Shown here: positions 47,503 through 58,403 of the stretch, one piece after another
How the letters are laid out: each line of letters starts with the position of its first letter
How positions within the stretch are numbered: the stretch's first letter is position 1
Position numbers and translations under genes: made by a program
NCBI GenBank assembly: GCA_964655705.1
Contig: CAZZPP010000002.1
Coordinates: forward strand, 32,231 to 96,230
Reading direction: 5' to 3'
Source of the DNA: an uncultured Candidatus Saccharibacteria bacterium
GTDB lineage: Bacteria > Patescibacteriota > Dojkabacteria > SC72
DNA length: 64,000 nt
The notes under the pieces: generated by a model
Seen by the model: the letters and a program-made list of their open reading frames with translations, nothing else
Told to the model about the DNA's origin: nothing
Database searches by the model: none

Positions 47503-48474
47503 ATGAAAAAAGTAAAGAAAGTATTCCATGCATTTACCCTAGTAGAAGTTCTTGTTGTCCTATCCATATTCATCATACTCTCTGCTATTGGATTTAATGG
47601 GTTTTTAGCAATTAGAGAAACATTCATAGCTAAAGAAAATGTTGAATTAATCATTCAAGATATTAGATCTGCTAGATTAAAAGCAATGAATATGGAAAGA
47701 GGTGATGAATCTAATTGGATATATGGCTTTGGAATAGATTTTAGGAATGCAGATTGGAATTATGCGCGAAAGAATGGTTTGACTTCTGTTGGAGATTACA
47801 GAATGTTTAAATGGTGTGCTCCAGTATCAGAATACAAGCAGAGTATGGATCTAGCAGGGACAGACTATAACCTAACAGGAGGAGTATTACCTAATTATTA
47901 TACTGGTATCAATTTAGGCGTTGAAATTAATGGCGTATCACAATGCTATGAAGCTATCGACCCTTATATGAATGGAAGAATACCCTTTGACTGTGGTAAT
48001 GATGGCTATATAGATAGTTGTCAGGCAGGAAGTACTAGTCTTGTATCAATAGTTGGAGAGGGACTTACTCTCTTAGACAGAGAAGAAGAACAATTGCAGA
48101 TATATACTACTAGAGATGATAAGGGGGATTTTGACTTTATACCATCTTTCCTCTTTTTTGAATCTCTTACGGGTAGGACAATAATATATGATGATAATGG
48201 GATACCTCTTAACTATGATTTTGCACTTAATTTTACTTCAGACAGTTTTACTCCAGTTGATATCATTCTTCCAAGAATTAGGAGTGAGAAGTTTGATATG
48301 ATTACCATATATCCACTTTCTGGAGAAATTATCCATCATGTATACAGTAGTAGTGACTTGAATACTGATAACAGTTGCCCACCCGGTCGAGGTGGACTTG
48401 ACTGTATCCGCTTTGAAGGCAATACTTACAACAGATATGGTATTGAAGAAGAGATTAAATCATACAGGGATTAA
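47503..48474 (+). CDS. Minor pilin (FimT/GspH-like position)
   Basis: HA|FTLVEVL N-methylation motif. Confidence 0.8.
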   Translation: MKKVKKVFHAFTLVEVLVVLSIFIILSAIGFNGFLAIRETFIAKENVELIIQDIRSARLKAMNMERGDESNWIYGFGIDFRNADWNYARKNGLTSVGDYRMFKWCAPVSEYKQSMDLAGTDYNLTGGVLPNYYTGINLGVEINGVSQCYEAIDPYMNGRIPFDCGNDGYIDSCQAGSTSLVSIVGEGLTLLDREEEQLQIYTTRDDKGDFDFIPSFLFFESLTGRTIIYDDNGIPLNYDFALNFTSDSFTPVDIILPRIRSEKFDMITIYPLSGEIIHHVYSSSDLNTDNSCPPGRGGLDCIRFEGNTYNRYGIEEEIKSYRD

Positions 48475-48476
48475 AT

Positions 48477-49058
48477 ATGGAAAAGAATGTAACAAAATAT
48501 TTGGGTATGGGTTTCGCAGAAAGTCTCATAGCCTTAATGATTGCTGGAATGGTTGGGATAGTATTAATGCAAATATCTGCTTCAACATTAAGAGAATTAG
48601 CACAGTTAGATATTGAGGATACAATTGCTAAGTATGCGGTTTCTACATCTGTAGATTTACAAAAAATTGCAATTCAAGATATGACTTTGGAAAAAGATGA
48701 AAGGCAGTTTGACATTACGACATTGGTTGAAAATTTCTGTTACAATATCGAACAGAATTCAGATACCACGCCAAGTCCAGGAGATTACTCTGTTCGTTTA
48801 AATACTGATTCTTCAGTTACATGTCCCGGAGAGGAAGGTGCTAGCAGAGAAAATTTTACAAAAATTCTTTCAGACAAAGATATTGATGGTGATGATAACT
48901 ATGACGAAACTGACTACTTTAGGGTACTTCGTGTTGTACGAATTGAAGAGAAGAGAGCTGTAGTTGAAGTTATTGTTGGTGTAACCAATATGGCTGGTGA
49001 ATTTACTACAAACAAGGATATTAGAGATTTTAGATATTTAGTAATTATTGCGTTATGA
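48477..49058 (+). CDS. Minor pilin (PilV-like position)
   Basis: LG|MGFAESLIAL, Glu at +5. Confidence 0.7.
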   Translation: MEKNVTKYLGMGFAESLIALMIAGMVGIVLMQISASTLRELAQLDIEDTIAKYAVSTSVDLQKIAIQDMTLEKDERQFDITTLVENFCYNIEQNSDTTPSPGDYSVRLNTDSSVTCPGEEGASRENFTKILSDKDIDGDDNYDETDYFRVLRVVRIEEKRAVVEVIVGVTNMAGEFTTNKDIRDFRYLVIIAL

Positions 49059-49762
49059 GAAAGAAAAGAAAAAAATATGAAGGCTTTAGTTTAGTTGAAA
49101 CACTATTTACCATAGTAATACTATCCATAGTGATGTTACTTGTTTCCACTACCCTAAATACTGTAATTAGAACATCACATACAGCAAATAGTAAGAATTT
49201 AGCACGGAGTAATATTAACTATGTCATGGAGACATATGACAGACTACTAAGCAATGCAAGATTAGATGATATACATATGTATGATTCTAGTACTTTTAGG
49301 ACATTTGGTTTTGCAAGGAGTCATCTTCCAGTTATACAAACTGATTCATTGGTAGATCCGGCTCCAAGATATGACCCTCTTGCAGAGTTGCTTGATGGAC
49401 AGGCGGGGAATGAAGTTCATGTTAAACTTTACGGTGTTCCTACGTGGACATGTATTGGGTATTTTGAGGATGATAAAGGGTATGGATATATTGTAAAAAC
49501 ATCGACTACTGCTGATTTAGATAATTACCCCTCAACCTGTTTTGATGAGTATGCCATTATTACTCTACTCCATTCATATGCTATTGATGTAGAGGATTTC
49601 TCTCTTAGTTACATTGATATTGGCGATGAGGAGAACAAGATGTTTATTATTAATGCACAATTTACTCCTTTATACTGGCCCATGAGAAGTACCTTTGATT
49701 TAGTAACCAGAGGTGTTTCTAGACAGTTAGTTGTATCTACTAGAGCATTGACAAGATATTAG
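49055..49762 (+). CDS. Minor pilin (PilW-like position)
   Basis: EG|FSLVETL. Confidence 0.8.
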   Translation: MRKKRKKYEGFSLVETLFTIVILSIVMLLVSTTLNTVIRTSHTANSKNLARSNINYVMETYDRLLSNARLDDIHMYDSSTFRTFGFARSHLPVIQTDSLVDPAPRYDPLAELLDGQAGNEVHVKLYGVPTWTCIGYFEDDKGYGYIVKTSTTADLDNYPSTCFDEYAIITLLHSYAIDVEDFSLSYIDIGDEENKMFIINAQFTPLYWPMRSTFDLVTRGVSRQLVVSTRALTRY

Positions 49763-49803
49763 GGAAATGTTAGTTATATAATATATTTTATTATTGAAAT
49801 AAT

Positions 49804-50712
49804 ATGAAAAAATACTCAGGTCAAGCAATTGCCATTATTATGGTTGTATTAGTAGTAGCAGCAGTAATAGGAGCATCCTTGTATTCTAGGATGATTAGAA
49901 ACAAAGGGGAGGTTGTAGATACTAGAGAATCACAGATGGCACTTGAGTTATCTGGAAATGTCCTAGATGCGTTCATTACTTCAGATATACCACTACTCCA
50001 AGGGCATCTAGCGGGAGAGTTGAAGGGTGCTGACCTTAATAGAATTGATTTGATTAATTATGGTGAAATTGAATCCTTCCTTACTCCTGTTAACGCTGTT
50101 AGCTTAGATGAGGTAACCCAAAACTATACTTCATGTTCTGAGCCTACTGTTTCAATTACCTATGCAGGGGAACAAGACGGTATTGTATATGGGGTTGGAC
50201 AGGTAATGGCTATACACATTGAACCTGACAATCCACCTCCTGGTGGATGTGTTGCAGCCCTTAATTTCTCAGGGGCTTCTGGGGGTTCACAACTATTTAC
50301 TGTGAAGAAAGTATATATGGATCGCACGAGTAAAGCTGTAGAGCCATATGAATTAGATGACATGCTACTGTATTGTATTAACCAACCTTGTACAGATATT
50401 GTTTCTCCAGAGGTCTCAATAGAAGCTAATTTCGGTAATACTGGTACTCTCTCATATAATTTTGATTCTTTAACTAATATCTATGAAATTAGAGTACTTC
50501 CTTTAAAAGGAGATATTAAGATAGCAGTGGATGGAAATGAATATTGTGGTGACTATCTTAACAACTATCTTGTTACCGCATCAGCTACATGTACAAATCA
50601 GGAAAGAACAATGGAAGTAGTTATTCCAAATGCTGTAAATATTGGATACCCTGCTCTCTTTGATTACACAATATACAATGCTAATGGAACATTAACTCCA
50701 TTTAATCAGTAA
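49804..50712 (+). CDS. Minor pilin (PilX/GspK-like, no Glu5)
   Basis: KYSG|QAIAIIMVVL. Confidence 0.7.
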   Translation: MKKYSGQAIAIIMVVLVVAAVIGASLYSRMIRNKGEVVDTRESQMALELSGNVLDAFITSDIPLLQGHLAGELKGADLNRIDLINYGEIESFLTPVNAVSLDEVTQNYTSCSEPTVSITYAGEQDGIVYGVGQVMAIHIEPDNPPPGGCVAALNFSGASGGSQLFTVKKVYMDRTSKAVEPYELDDMLLYCINQPCTDIVSPEVSIEANFGNTGTLSYNFDSLTNIYEIRVLPLKGDIKIAVDGNEYCGDYLNNYLVTASATCTNQERTMEVVIPNAVNIGYPALFDYTIYNANGTLTPFNQ

Positions 50713-50747
50713 ATTTAATTATTCTAATTTTTAAATATATACATAAC

Positions 50748-51131
50748 ATGGCAGATAGTAAAAAAATATTGATAGTAGAGGATGAAGTAGCTCTCTTAGA
50801 CTCATATGCTGAATTAGTAGAAACAGCAGGATATGTCCCTATGAAAGCCTCTGATGGATATCAGGCTTTAGATTTGCTAACAAACAACTTAGATCAGATT
50901 GATTTAGTGCTTCTTGATTTAATGATGCCTGGTGTAGATGGATTGGAAGTATTAAAAACAATTAAGAACAATGAAGAGAAATATGGGAAGATGCCAATAG
51001 TTGTATTAACAAATATGACTAGTGAATCAGTTGTTAAAGAGGCCTTCAATATTGGTGCAACCTCTTACTTAGTAAAAACAGATTTAGATTATGAGGGGTT
51101 AGTTAAAGAATTGAGTAAATTCTTTGGTTAA
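50748..51131 (+). CDS. Single-domain response regulator (receiver)
   Basis: ILIVEDE, LLDLMMPGVDG, VLTN, YLVK. Confidence 0.92.
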   Translation: MADSKKILIVEDEVALLDSYAELVETAGYVPMKASDGYQALDLLTNNLDQIDLVLLDLMMPGVDGLEVLKTIKNNEEKYGKMPIVVLTNMTSESVVKEAFNIGATSYLVKTDLDYEGLVKELSKFFG

Positions 51132-51155
51132 TATTAAATTTTAAATAGTAATCTT

Positions 51156-51713
51156 GTGGGAAAAAAGATGATTCTTTCTAAGAAAATGATCGTAAGAATA
51201 CTTTCAGTATTCTTTGGATTACTATTCCTTTTAGTAGCCGTATGGTTAGCAAGATCTTTCTTTTCAATGAAGAGTAATACTCCCCATCTTAAGACAGAGA
51301 TTGATTTAGAAGAGGACATATTTGCGAAAAAGGTACTACCAGAATCTACTACGAAGGAGGGTAAATATATATTATACAAATATCCTGTTTCTTTCTTTGA
51401 TATCTCCTTTGAGAAAGATGAGTATGTATTAAGTACTTTAGCAGTAAATTTTGAAGAGTATTTTGAAGATGTAGAGAATGCTAAGTTTAGATACTCTCTA
51501 GAGAAAGAGAAAGGAGAGTTTGATTTTACTCAATTAGAGTGGATGCAGCCAGTATATTTAACTCGTATGTATAGGGTAGAGAATAATTTCAAATATTTTG
51601 TTGAGTACTCTTTATGTACATTAAGAGAATTTTTTGGAAAAGAGGGGAAGTATGGTAAGGGTATATGTGTAATAGAGAGAGATTTAAGTAAATGGGAGAT
51701 TGAGATTATATAA
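51156..51713 (+). CDS. Hypothetical membrane-anchored protein
   Basis: N-terminal TM, two Cys. Confidence 0.6.
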   Translation: MGKKMILSKKMIVRILSVFFGLLFLLVAVWLARSFFSMKSNTPHLKTEIDLEEDIFAKKVLPESTTKEGKYILYKYPVSFFDISFEKDEYVLSTLAVNFEEYFEDVENAKFRYSLEKEKGEFDFTQLEWMQPVYLTRMYRVENNFKYFVEYSLCTLREFFGKEGKYGKGICVIERDLSKWEIEII

Positions 51714-51732
51714 TAAATAAATATATACAAAT

Positions 51733-54243
51733 ATGAAAATAACAAAAAGAGTGCTATATAGTATCCCAATTCTAATCCTTTTTCTTTCATTAATACCTTT
51801 GTCATTAATATTTAGAAATCGAGTTTATGCGTGTAATCAGGTTTGTTGTAATGATGGGGATGCTAGTTATCCAGAATGGGTAGCATCTTGTGGAAGTCCA
51901 AACGTGAGTTATAGGGATACCGGATGTGAATGTGGGTCTCATGATGCTGGGTGTGATTGCTTAGAAATCCCCGTCCCTGAAGTAGGAGTTTGCAGAAATG
52001 GCACACAACAATGCTGTAGCCCGACATGGTGTAAACCTGATACCCCACCCTGTGTATTATGTACTCCCACCTGTCCTTCCCCATTTCGTGGTACCCCACC
52101 AGTTAATCCTCCTGATAGCCCAGATTTGTATAAGTATGAAAAAATAGGTTCTTGTAATAATACTAATTGTGCTGAGGCAAAATCTTACAAAACATGTTAT
52201 GAACCCATGAGTCCTCAACCCGATCCTTCCCTTAATATCCATCCTGAAAAAATTAAAACTTCATTAGGTTTCACCTCTGACTACTATACAGGAGGAGGAA
52301 GATATACTGAAGATAAGGATGATACAGTCAATGATTTCTATGCATATTCAACTGTAAGATATTCTGCAAAAGAGGATCTCTTCTATATTACAGCCATATA
52401 TACAGATTTAGATAACCCAATAGAAGCAGCATATATATGGTTTAACCAATCAGCTACCAAACCTGCTACTCCACAGCTATTTGATTTCTTAAATGATACA
52501 ACACCTTCAAGTTATGGCTACGGTACTGATAATCAATTCGGTTTCATGATCCATCGTAATCTTGCAAATAATGGAGAAGTAAAACCATATGTATTCGCCC
52601 AAGGAACTTGGGATAAGCCTCTAAATTCAACTACTAGAGATGGGATAACAATCTTTTCTTTACCATATGACAATACCAGTTCAATGGCCAATATCCTACT
52701 CTACTCTGTTGTACCAAGTAATGATGGAAAGACTCTAACAATGGAATTTAGTGTTAGTTTTAAAAATGATACAACAGGAGATCTACTAAGTAATAGACCT
52801 GCAGAGGGTCAGTACAATATATGGTTAATGGCAAATGATACATTTGGTTTTACTCCATACAATTACTATAAATCTCCACCCGCTGCAGCCATTGTAGTAC
52901 AGAAGGTGAATGTTAGGTGGATAAATGATGAGAAAATAAGATATTATAATCAATGGATCACTAATGGTGATAAATGGAATCTAAACTTTCTTTCACCTGG
53001 TATAAACTTTGGAACCTCTCCTGAGGGAACTACAAAAGTTAAACTTACATGGGATTATCTAGATAATGATTTTAGCGATATGGTTTTAAATATGTATAAA
53101 AGCCCAGATTTAAATATAGGGGATATTAGAAGTGATGATTTAGGTGCTTTTTCTACAAATGGTGGTACAACGTATTTGAATAGTAATTTTGAATTAAAAG
53201 GGGATCAATCTGCTGACACTATTGGGCATCTTAATGCTACTGAAAGCAACTATCTCTTTAAAATAAGTGGAGGTACTGGAGATGGTTCAGTTAATCTAGA
53301 TTTGGGAAATGATGTAGGACAGGGTTCATTGTATTTCTATGTAACTGCTTTTGACAAGGGGGGTAATATTAACGCTCAAAGCCAAGTTGAGTTAGATTTA
53401 AGAGACTGGATGATTACTCAAGGGGGATTACTTAAGGCAAATGATATTAAAGTAGATACAGACAAAGAAATCGTTGGCACATGGAGTGGTATCAACTATC
53501 TGAATAGAATATCTAAAGAGAGTGTAGATATAAGTACAGAGTTAGCAGGTATTGGAAGTAACTCTTCTGTATACTCTTTAAAGAGTTCGAGTATTGGATC
53601 CTACCTTATAAAACCTTTTGAAGTAGTAAATCCTGATGATGGCTACTATACTACATACAAAATACTCTTTGACAGGAGAAAGGATTCACTAGATATTCAG
53701 GATTTAGGAAATATCGCTTCACTCGAGAATTCTTTAAACACAGATGAAGGGAAGATTGCTGTGGGAGAATCTCAAGGGGATTTAACTGTAGACAAGAATT
53801 TTGAATGTAATGGACAAGGTATATTCTTTGTTGCTGGGAATCTAATTGTTGATGATAAAATTTCAAATGGTAAAGAGAACAAAGATGCATGTATTTTCAT
53901 TGTAAAAGGTGATGTTACTATTAAAGATGAACCTGGAGATAGTACTTTTGGTTATGATGTTATTAATATGTATTTACTAACTGATGGGAAGATAACTATT
54001 CAGAAGGCAACAGGGGGTACAGTCTATGATGGTCTATACATTAGTGGAGGTGTACATACTCTTATGCAAGAAGCAGATGGTACTATGGCTTTGGAAATGA
54101 AAAGAACACTTCAGGTTGCAAACAGATTAAGATATCCTGCTTTAGTAGTTAATCATCATTCTAAATATGGATTACTAGGTGGTAGGGTATTTGGTTCTGA
54201 GTCACAGATGCAAGAGGTAGAGGTAGGTGTTACTGGGTATTAA
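51733..54243 (+). CDS. Secreted Cys-rich adhesin-like protein, paralog 1
   Basis: Signal peptide ..VYA|, Cys-rich N-terminus, C-terminal GDLTV/GNLIV/GDVTI/GKITI strands; paralogous to 55272-58331. Confidence 0.7.
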   Translation: MKITKRVLYSIPILILFLSLIPLSLIFRNRVYACNQVCCNDGDASYPEWVASCGSPNVSYRDTGCECGSHDAGCDCLEIPVPEVGVCRNGTQQCCSPTWCKPDTPPCVLCTPTCPSPFRGTPPVNPPDSPDLYKYEKIGSCNNTNCAEAKSYKTCYEPMSPQPDPSLNIHPEKIKTSLGFTSDYYTGGGRYTEDKDDTVNDFYAYSTVRYSAKEDLFYITAIYTDLDNPIEAAYIWFNQSATKPATPQLFDFLNDTTPSSYGYGTDNQFGFMIHRNLANNGEVKPYVFAQGTWDKPLNSTTRDGITIFSLPYDNTSSMANILLYSVVPSNDGKTLTMEFSVSFKNDTTGDLLSNRPAEGQYNIWLMANDTFGFTPYNYYKSPPAAAIVVQKVNVRWINDEKIRYYNQWITNGDKWNLNFLSPGINFGTSPEGTTKVKLTWDYLDNDFSDMVLNMYKSPDLNIGDIRSDDLGAFSTNGGTTYLNSNFELKGDQSADTIGHLNATESNYLFKISGGTGDGSVNLDLGNDVGQGSLYFYVTAFDKGGNINAQSQVELDLRDWMITQGGLLKANDIKVDTDKEIVGTWSGINYLNRISKESVDISTELAGIGSNSSVYSLKSSSIGSYLIKPFEVVNPDDGYYTTYKILFDRRKDSLDIQDLGNIASLENSLNTDEGKIAVGESQGDLTVDKNFECNGQGIFFVAGNLIVDDKISNGKENKDACIFIVKGDVTIKDEPGDSTFGYDVINMYLLTDGKITIQKATGGTVYDGLYISGGVHTLMQEADGTMALEMKRTLQVANRLRYPALVVNHHSKYGLLGGRVFGSESQMQEVEVGVTGY

Positions 54244-54268
54244 GAATATATATTAATTTAGAAGAATT

Positions 54269-55285
54269 ATGAAAAGTCCTTTTAAAATCTCTAAAAAATT
54301 AATGTTTATATTGGTCTTGATTCTTTTAGTTTCTTTGGTGTTGGTATCCAGTCTACTTATTGATATTACAAAAAGAAAGAAAGAACAGGTCGAGGGGTAT
54401 GCCCTTTTTGGAGATTTTGTACTCTATGACGAAGTCTCAAAGTACCCTCCTCTAGTGGGTTGCCTAATCAATGTCGAAGGGTTTAGTAATATGTGTTTTA
54501 AAGTTAAGAATCAAGGATTTTACAAAGCAGATTTCTTAGGCGCATACCCTGATGTTCAACTCCTTCCTAGTGGTTTTTATATATTTGAATTTAGTGAGAA
54601 ATCATTAAGAGAATATTCTGTAGATAGAGATGAATTATTTGAAAAGTGGTATACAGAATTAGTTAATGCTCAAGATGAATTTAGTAAAGAGGTCGGTGGT
54701 GTAAGGCATGTAGATGCATATAATTTGGGCCAGTTAAGAAATATTCAGATGTCTAAAGGGGATCTCTCCTCTGATGATTATAAGGCCGAAATGGATGGAT
54801 ATGTAGGAAAGGAATACAACATTCTCTTTCCGATGAAATACTCGGATTTTGATTATACTTGTAGCATCTCGAAGGATATGTGCTCATTTTGGGAAAGGAA
54901 ACAATCAATCCCCTATTCAATTATAGAGGATTTTAATGACAATCCTGAGTTTGATTTTGAGAATAAGAAGTTAATTTACTCAAGTGTTGGGATATTAATT
55001 AGAGGTCTTAACTCTTTGAATACAAGTACATTTGAGAATGATTATATGCTTCTTGAGTATGAAGAATTCATGGCAAATTTGCTTGAAAAATCCGAATTCG
55101 AATCAAGAGATAAGGTCCTATTTATGGGAGAGTACATTCCTTTCTTCCTTCTTGATTTATTAGACACCTTCTATGAAAATTGGGAAGGGGAATCTCGAGA
55201 CTACTACCTTCTTCTTCTTGATTCTTCCTGTGGAAGCGAAGAATGCTTAGAAATTAAACTTAATATTCTCTATGATGCATACTAG
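54269..55285 (+). CDS. Hypothetical membrane-anchored protein
   Basis: N-terminal TM, paired Cys. Confidence 0.6.
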   Translation: MKSPFKISKKLMFILVLILLVSLVLVSSLLIDITKRKKEQVEGYALFGDFVLYDEVSKYPPLVGCLINVEGFSNMCFKVKNQGFYKADFLGAYPDVQLLPSGFYIFEFSEKSLREYSVDRDELFEKWYTELVNAQDEFSKEVGGVRHVDAYNLGQLRNIQMSKGDLSSDDYKAEMDGYVGKEYNILFPMKYSDFDYTCSISKDMCSFWERKQSIPYSIIEDFNDNPEFDFENKKLIYSSVGILIRGLNSLNTSTFENDYMLLEYEEFMANLLEKSEFESRDKVLFMGEYIPFFLLDLLDTFYENWEGESRDYYLLLLDSSCGSEECLEIKLNILYDAY

Positions 55286-58200
55286 GATTAGGTATCCGCT
55301 TTTACTATTTTTTTTGTCTGTACTTCTTTTTTCGGTATCAGCTACAACTAGTGTATATGCATATCCATATTGTTCAAAAGGCATGTGTGTGGAAGGGTTT
55401 ACTCCTGGGACGTGCTTTCCCGAGGCTTGCATGTCCTCCTGTGTACAAGATTGTTATCCAGATAATTGTGACACAAGTGATTTCTGTGGGGGTAAAAAAT
55501 ATTATCAAAGTGCCGAGTGTTGTACCGCCGGTTCAGTTGACTGGGGTGGGACCTGTACTCAGGACTGCGATTGTACTGAGAGTTGTTGTGACCCATCTAC
55601 AACCTGTTCATGCTCATCCCCATATACAAACAGTTCTACAGGTTATGGGTCCTTTGGTATAAGTTGTGGTGATGGGTGTGGAGGAACAGCATATGACAAC
55701 TGTTACTGTCAAAGTAATTGTACTCCTCCCTCATGTCCAGATGGGACTTCAGGAACTGCATCAACACCTGTTTCTCCAATGTATTCTGTACCATCTGGTA
55801 GTTCTGACTATTATTCTTCTCCGAGTTGTACTAACTATTGTAATAAATCCAATGATAGGGATTGTTACTGTGATATATGTTTGCCTCCTACCTGTGAGGA
55901 AGTTAATTATTTTTCTGCAAAGCAGTATGACGATCTAAACGATTACCAAGGAGAAGTCCCATATGGTAAAACAGCAAGCTGTAGAAACGGAGAGGGCTTA
56001 CCCGTTGCAAATCAAACTGCTAATTGTTCCAAAACATATAGGACTTGTTACTGTACATCCTGTCTAAAGAATTGCCCTTTAGGTCTGTATAATACATCCC
56101 AGTCTCTTTCACCTCTCCCTAACCTCATATTAGAAAGTTTTAGGGAATGTACTAATGATTGTGATGTTAAACCTGACGAATCAATTGATGACTGTTATGA
56201 AGCACCATCTCCTCAACCTGAAGGAATCTTCAGTATAGTGACAGATGGCCCTGCTCCTAATCCAAATGGGTACAACTTCTTAAGCCTAACTCACACAGGA
56301 GATCGCCTGAGTTTAGGTAGTAAAGTTGGGAATCTAAATGACCCCCTACTCCCAATTAAAATGGAAGCTAAATTTACAGATAGTAATGGAGCAAGTGATA
56401 TAGAAGGGATGTTTGTATGGTTTAGGGAAAAAGAATATGATGGTACAACATTAAACTCCCCCATATATATTAATACAGGTAAAACACCACAAGCACCAAC
56501 AAATAATAGTTGGGGTTTTATGCTCAGAAGAGTTGGTGCCGATTGGGTACCATATGTCCCCTCCTTTAGACCTTCTAATCCAAACCTAGAACCACATTGG
56601 ACACCAGCAGCCTTAGAAGACCCAGCCACCTATTTCAAGAAATTTTACATTGCTGGTTCTGATGGGAATAGGATGGTTCAAGTTACAATTCTGGACGATC
56701 CAGTCATTGGTCTTAATGATGTAACAATGACATTCAGTTTAGCATTTTCTAATTCTGAGGGTTCGTTATTTACGGATGCTGTAGGAGAAGGAGATTACAA
56801 CATACTACTACTAGGATTAGACAAATTCAGTTTTACTCCATATGATAACTATCCCCCATCAGGTGCAGGATGGAACTTTGCAGACTACTGGTCAACAGGC
56901 TATCTGTATGATTCATACACTGATTTTAGTCCTTTCTGGAAGTCTGACCAATTAAGATACAGAGCAACCCCAACCCCAGCCCAAACATACGCTAGAGCAT
57001 GGAAAGATACAGGAGAGAATTGGGTAATAGATAGGACGCCACCTGTAATAGACAATTTCGTAGTAGAAAAAGCTGATGTTGAGGGTAATAAATTGAAGAT
57101 AAAATGGCAAGTCCATGATAATATTCAGAGTAATAACCCAGGAAACCTCTATACTGTTGTTGGGAATATCTTCTCATCTTCAGGATCACTTGCAAGGCAG
57201 ATAACTCTGTCACCGAAAGACTTGGGTATATCAGTAAAGGAAACCTTTGTCCCTGTAGGAGTATCCGATGATGTGATTGGTCTCATCAATGGCTACTGGT
57301 CTTTTAGAGTTAACCCAAATATTAACTCTTCAATAAACAGTGGTATTGTAGAGGTTGATATTGGTGAGAACACATCAGGAATATTCTCTTTCTACCTAAC
57401 AGTATTTGATGATGCCGGGAATACTACTCATTTTTCTCAAGTAGATTTTAATCTTGCAGATTGGTTTGCTACAGCAGGAGGTTTGGCTTACTCTGAGGAC
57501 GGCTCTTTGTTTTCAACAAAAGAAGGTGTAGCTTTCGGTGGGCTCTTTCCACCCTACACTACCCCAGTTAACCCTGGTCTGACCCAAGACACTGCAGATT
57601 CCTCAAGTGAACTTTGGGGAACTTTAATAGATACTTTGTCAGCACCAGTTAAGAGTCTTTCTTCTAGTTACAATATCACTAATTACAGAGGTAATGGATT
57701 AAACCTAGGATACTACTTTACATTAATGAAAGCATATGAACAGAACAAGAGTAAGATAGAGGACCAGTTATATGAACAAACTTTTGATCCTCCGTCCTCT
57801 CTTTCCTCTCTTGCTTCTGAAGTTACTACATACTGTGCTCTCCATTATACTGGAGACCTAACAGTCAATTCTAATTTTGTATGTAACAAACCAACCTTAA
57901 TTACAGTAAAAGGAAATCTAAAACTAAATCCCCCCATATTAAGTGCATCCCCAGATGCTATCCACTCCTCAAATGGCTGTATATTCTTGGTAGAAGGAGA
58001 TGTATCAATTAATCCTGGAGGACAGGTTTCTGACAATACTAATCTTGGATATGACAAGGTACATGCATATATACTTGCAGATGGTCAGATTACTATTGAA
58101 GGGGAAGATACAAATGCAACAATAATGGATGGACTATATATTAATGGAGGACTGAACTCTTCGTATATTGGGGATTTAAGTATTAAAGTGGATAGATATC

Positions 58201-58331
58201 TATGGTTAAAACAGAGATTAGACTTTCCAGTACTAGCTATAGACTATCATCCAAAGTATGGAGTATTGGGAGGTATATTTTTTGGCTATGATTATGTAAT
58301 GCAGCCTGTTGAGGTAGGTCCAAAGCCATAG
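55272..58331 (+). CDS. Secreted Cys-rich adhesin-like protein, paralog 2
   Basis: Signal peptide ..VYA|, expanded Cys repeats (CYC x3), shares many motifs with 51733-54243. Confidence 0.7.
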   Translation: MMHTRIRYPLLLFFLSVLLFSVSATTSVYAYPYCSKGMCVEGFTPGTCFPEACMSSCVQDCYPDNCDTSDFCGGKKYYQSAECCTAGSVDWGGTCTQDCDCTESCCDPSTTCSCSSPYTNSSTGYGSFGISCGDGCGGTAYDNCYCQSNCTPPSCPDGTSGTASTPVSPMYSVPSGSSDYYSSPSCTNYCNKSNDRDCYCDICLPPTCEEVNYFSAKQYDDLNDYQGEVPYGKTASCRNGEGLPVANQTANCSKTYRTCYCTSCLKNCPLGLYNTSQSLSPLPNLILESFRECTNDCDVKPDESIDDCYEAPSPQPEGIFSIVTDGPAPNPNGYNFLSLTHTGDRLSLGSKVGNLNDPLLPIKMEAKFTDSNGASDIEGMFVWFREKEYDGTTLNSPIYINTGKTPQAPTNNSWGFMLRRVGADWVPYVPSFRPSNPNLEPHWTPAALEDPATYFKKFYIAGSDGNRMVQVTILDDPVIGLNDVTMTFSLAFSNSEGSLFTDAVGEGDYNILLLGLDKFSFTPYDNYPPSGAGWNFADYWSTGYLYDSYTDFSPFWKSDQLRYRATPTPAQTYARAWKDTGENWVIDRTPPVIDNFVVEKADVEGNKLKIKWQVHDNIQSNNPGNLYTVVGNIFSSSGSLARQITLSPKDLGISVKETFVPVGVSDDVIGLINGYWSFRVNPNINSSINSGIVEVDIGENTSGIFSFYLTVFDDAGNTTHFSQVDFNLADWFATAGGLAYSEDGSLFSTKEGVAFGGLFPPYTTPVNPGLTQDTADSSSELWGTLIDTLSAPVKSLSSSYNITNYRGNGLNLGYYFTLMKAYEQNKSKIEDQLYEQTFDPPSSLSSLASEVTTYCALHYTGDLTVNSNFVCNKPTLITVKGNLKLNPPILSASPDAIHSSNGCIFLVEGDVSINPGGQVSDNTNLGYDKVHAYILADGQITIEGEDTNATIMDGLYINGGLNSSYIGDLSIKVDRYLWLKQRLDFPVLAIDYHPKYGVLGGIFFGYDYVMQPVEVGPKP

Positions 58332-58403
58332 TATGTAATTGATTTTAAAGATTGTTAAATATCTGCTATTATATTAGTAGTCATAATTTAACTGTCCATT
58401 AAT

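Noticed and set aside
55351-55938. Alternative-frame ORFs (103 aa, 90 aa) within the Cys-rich gene
   Set aside because: Shadow frames of TGT-rich coding sequence; the same applies to the many short antisense ORFs in the track.
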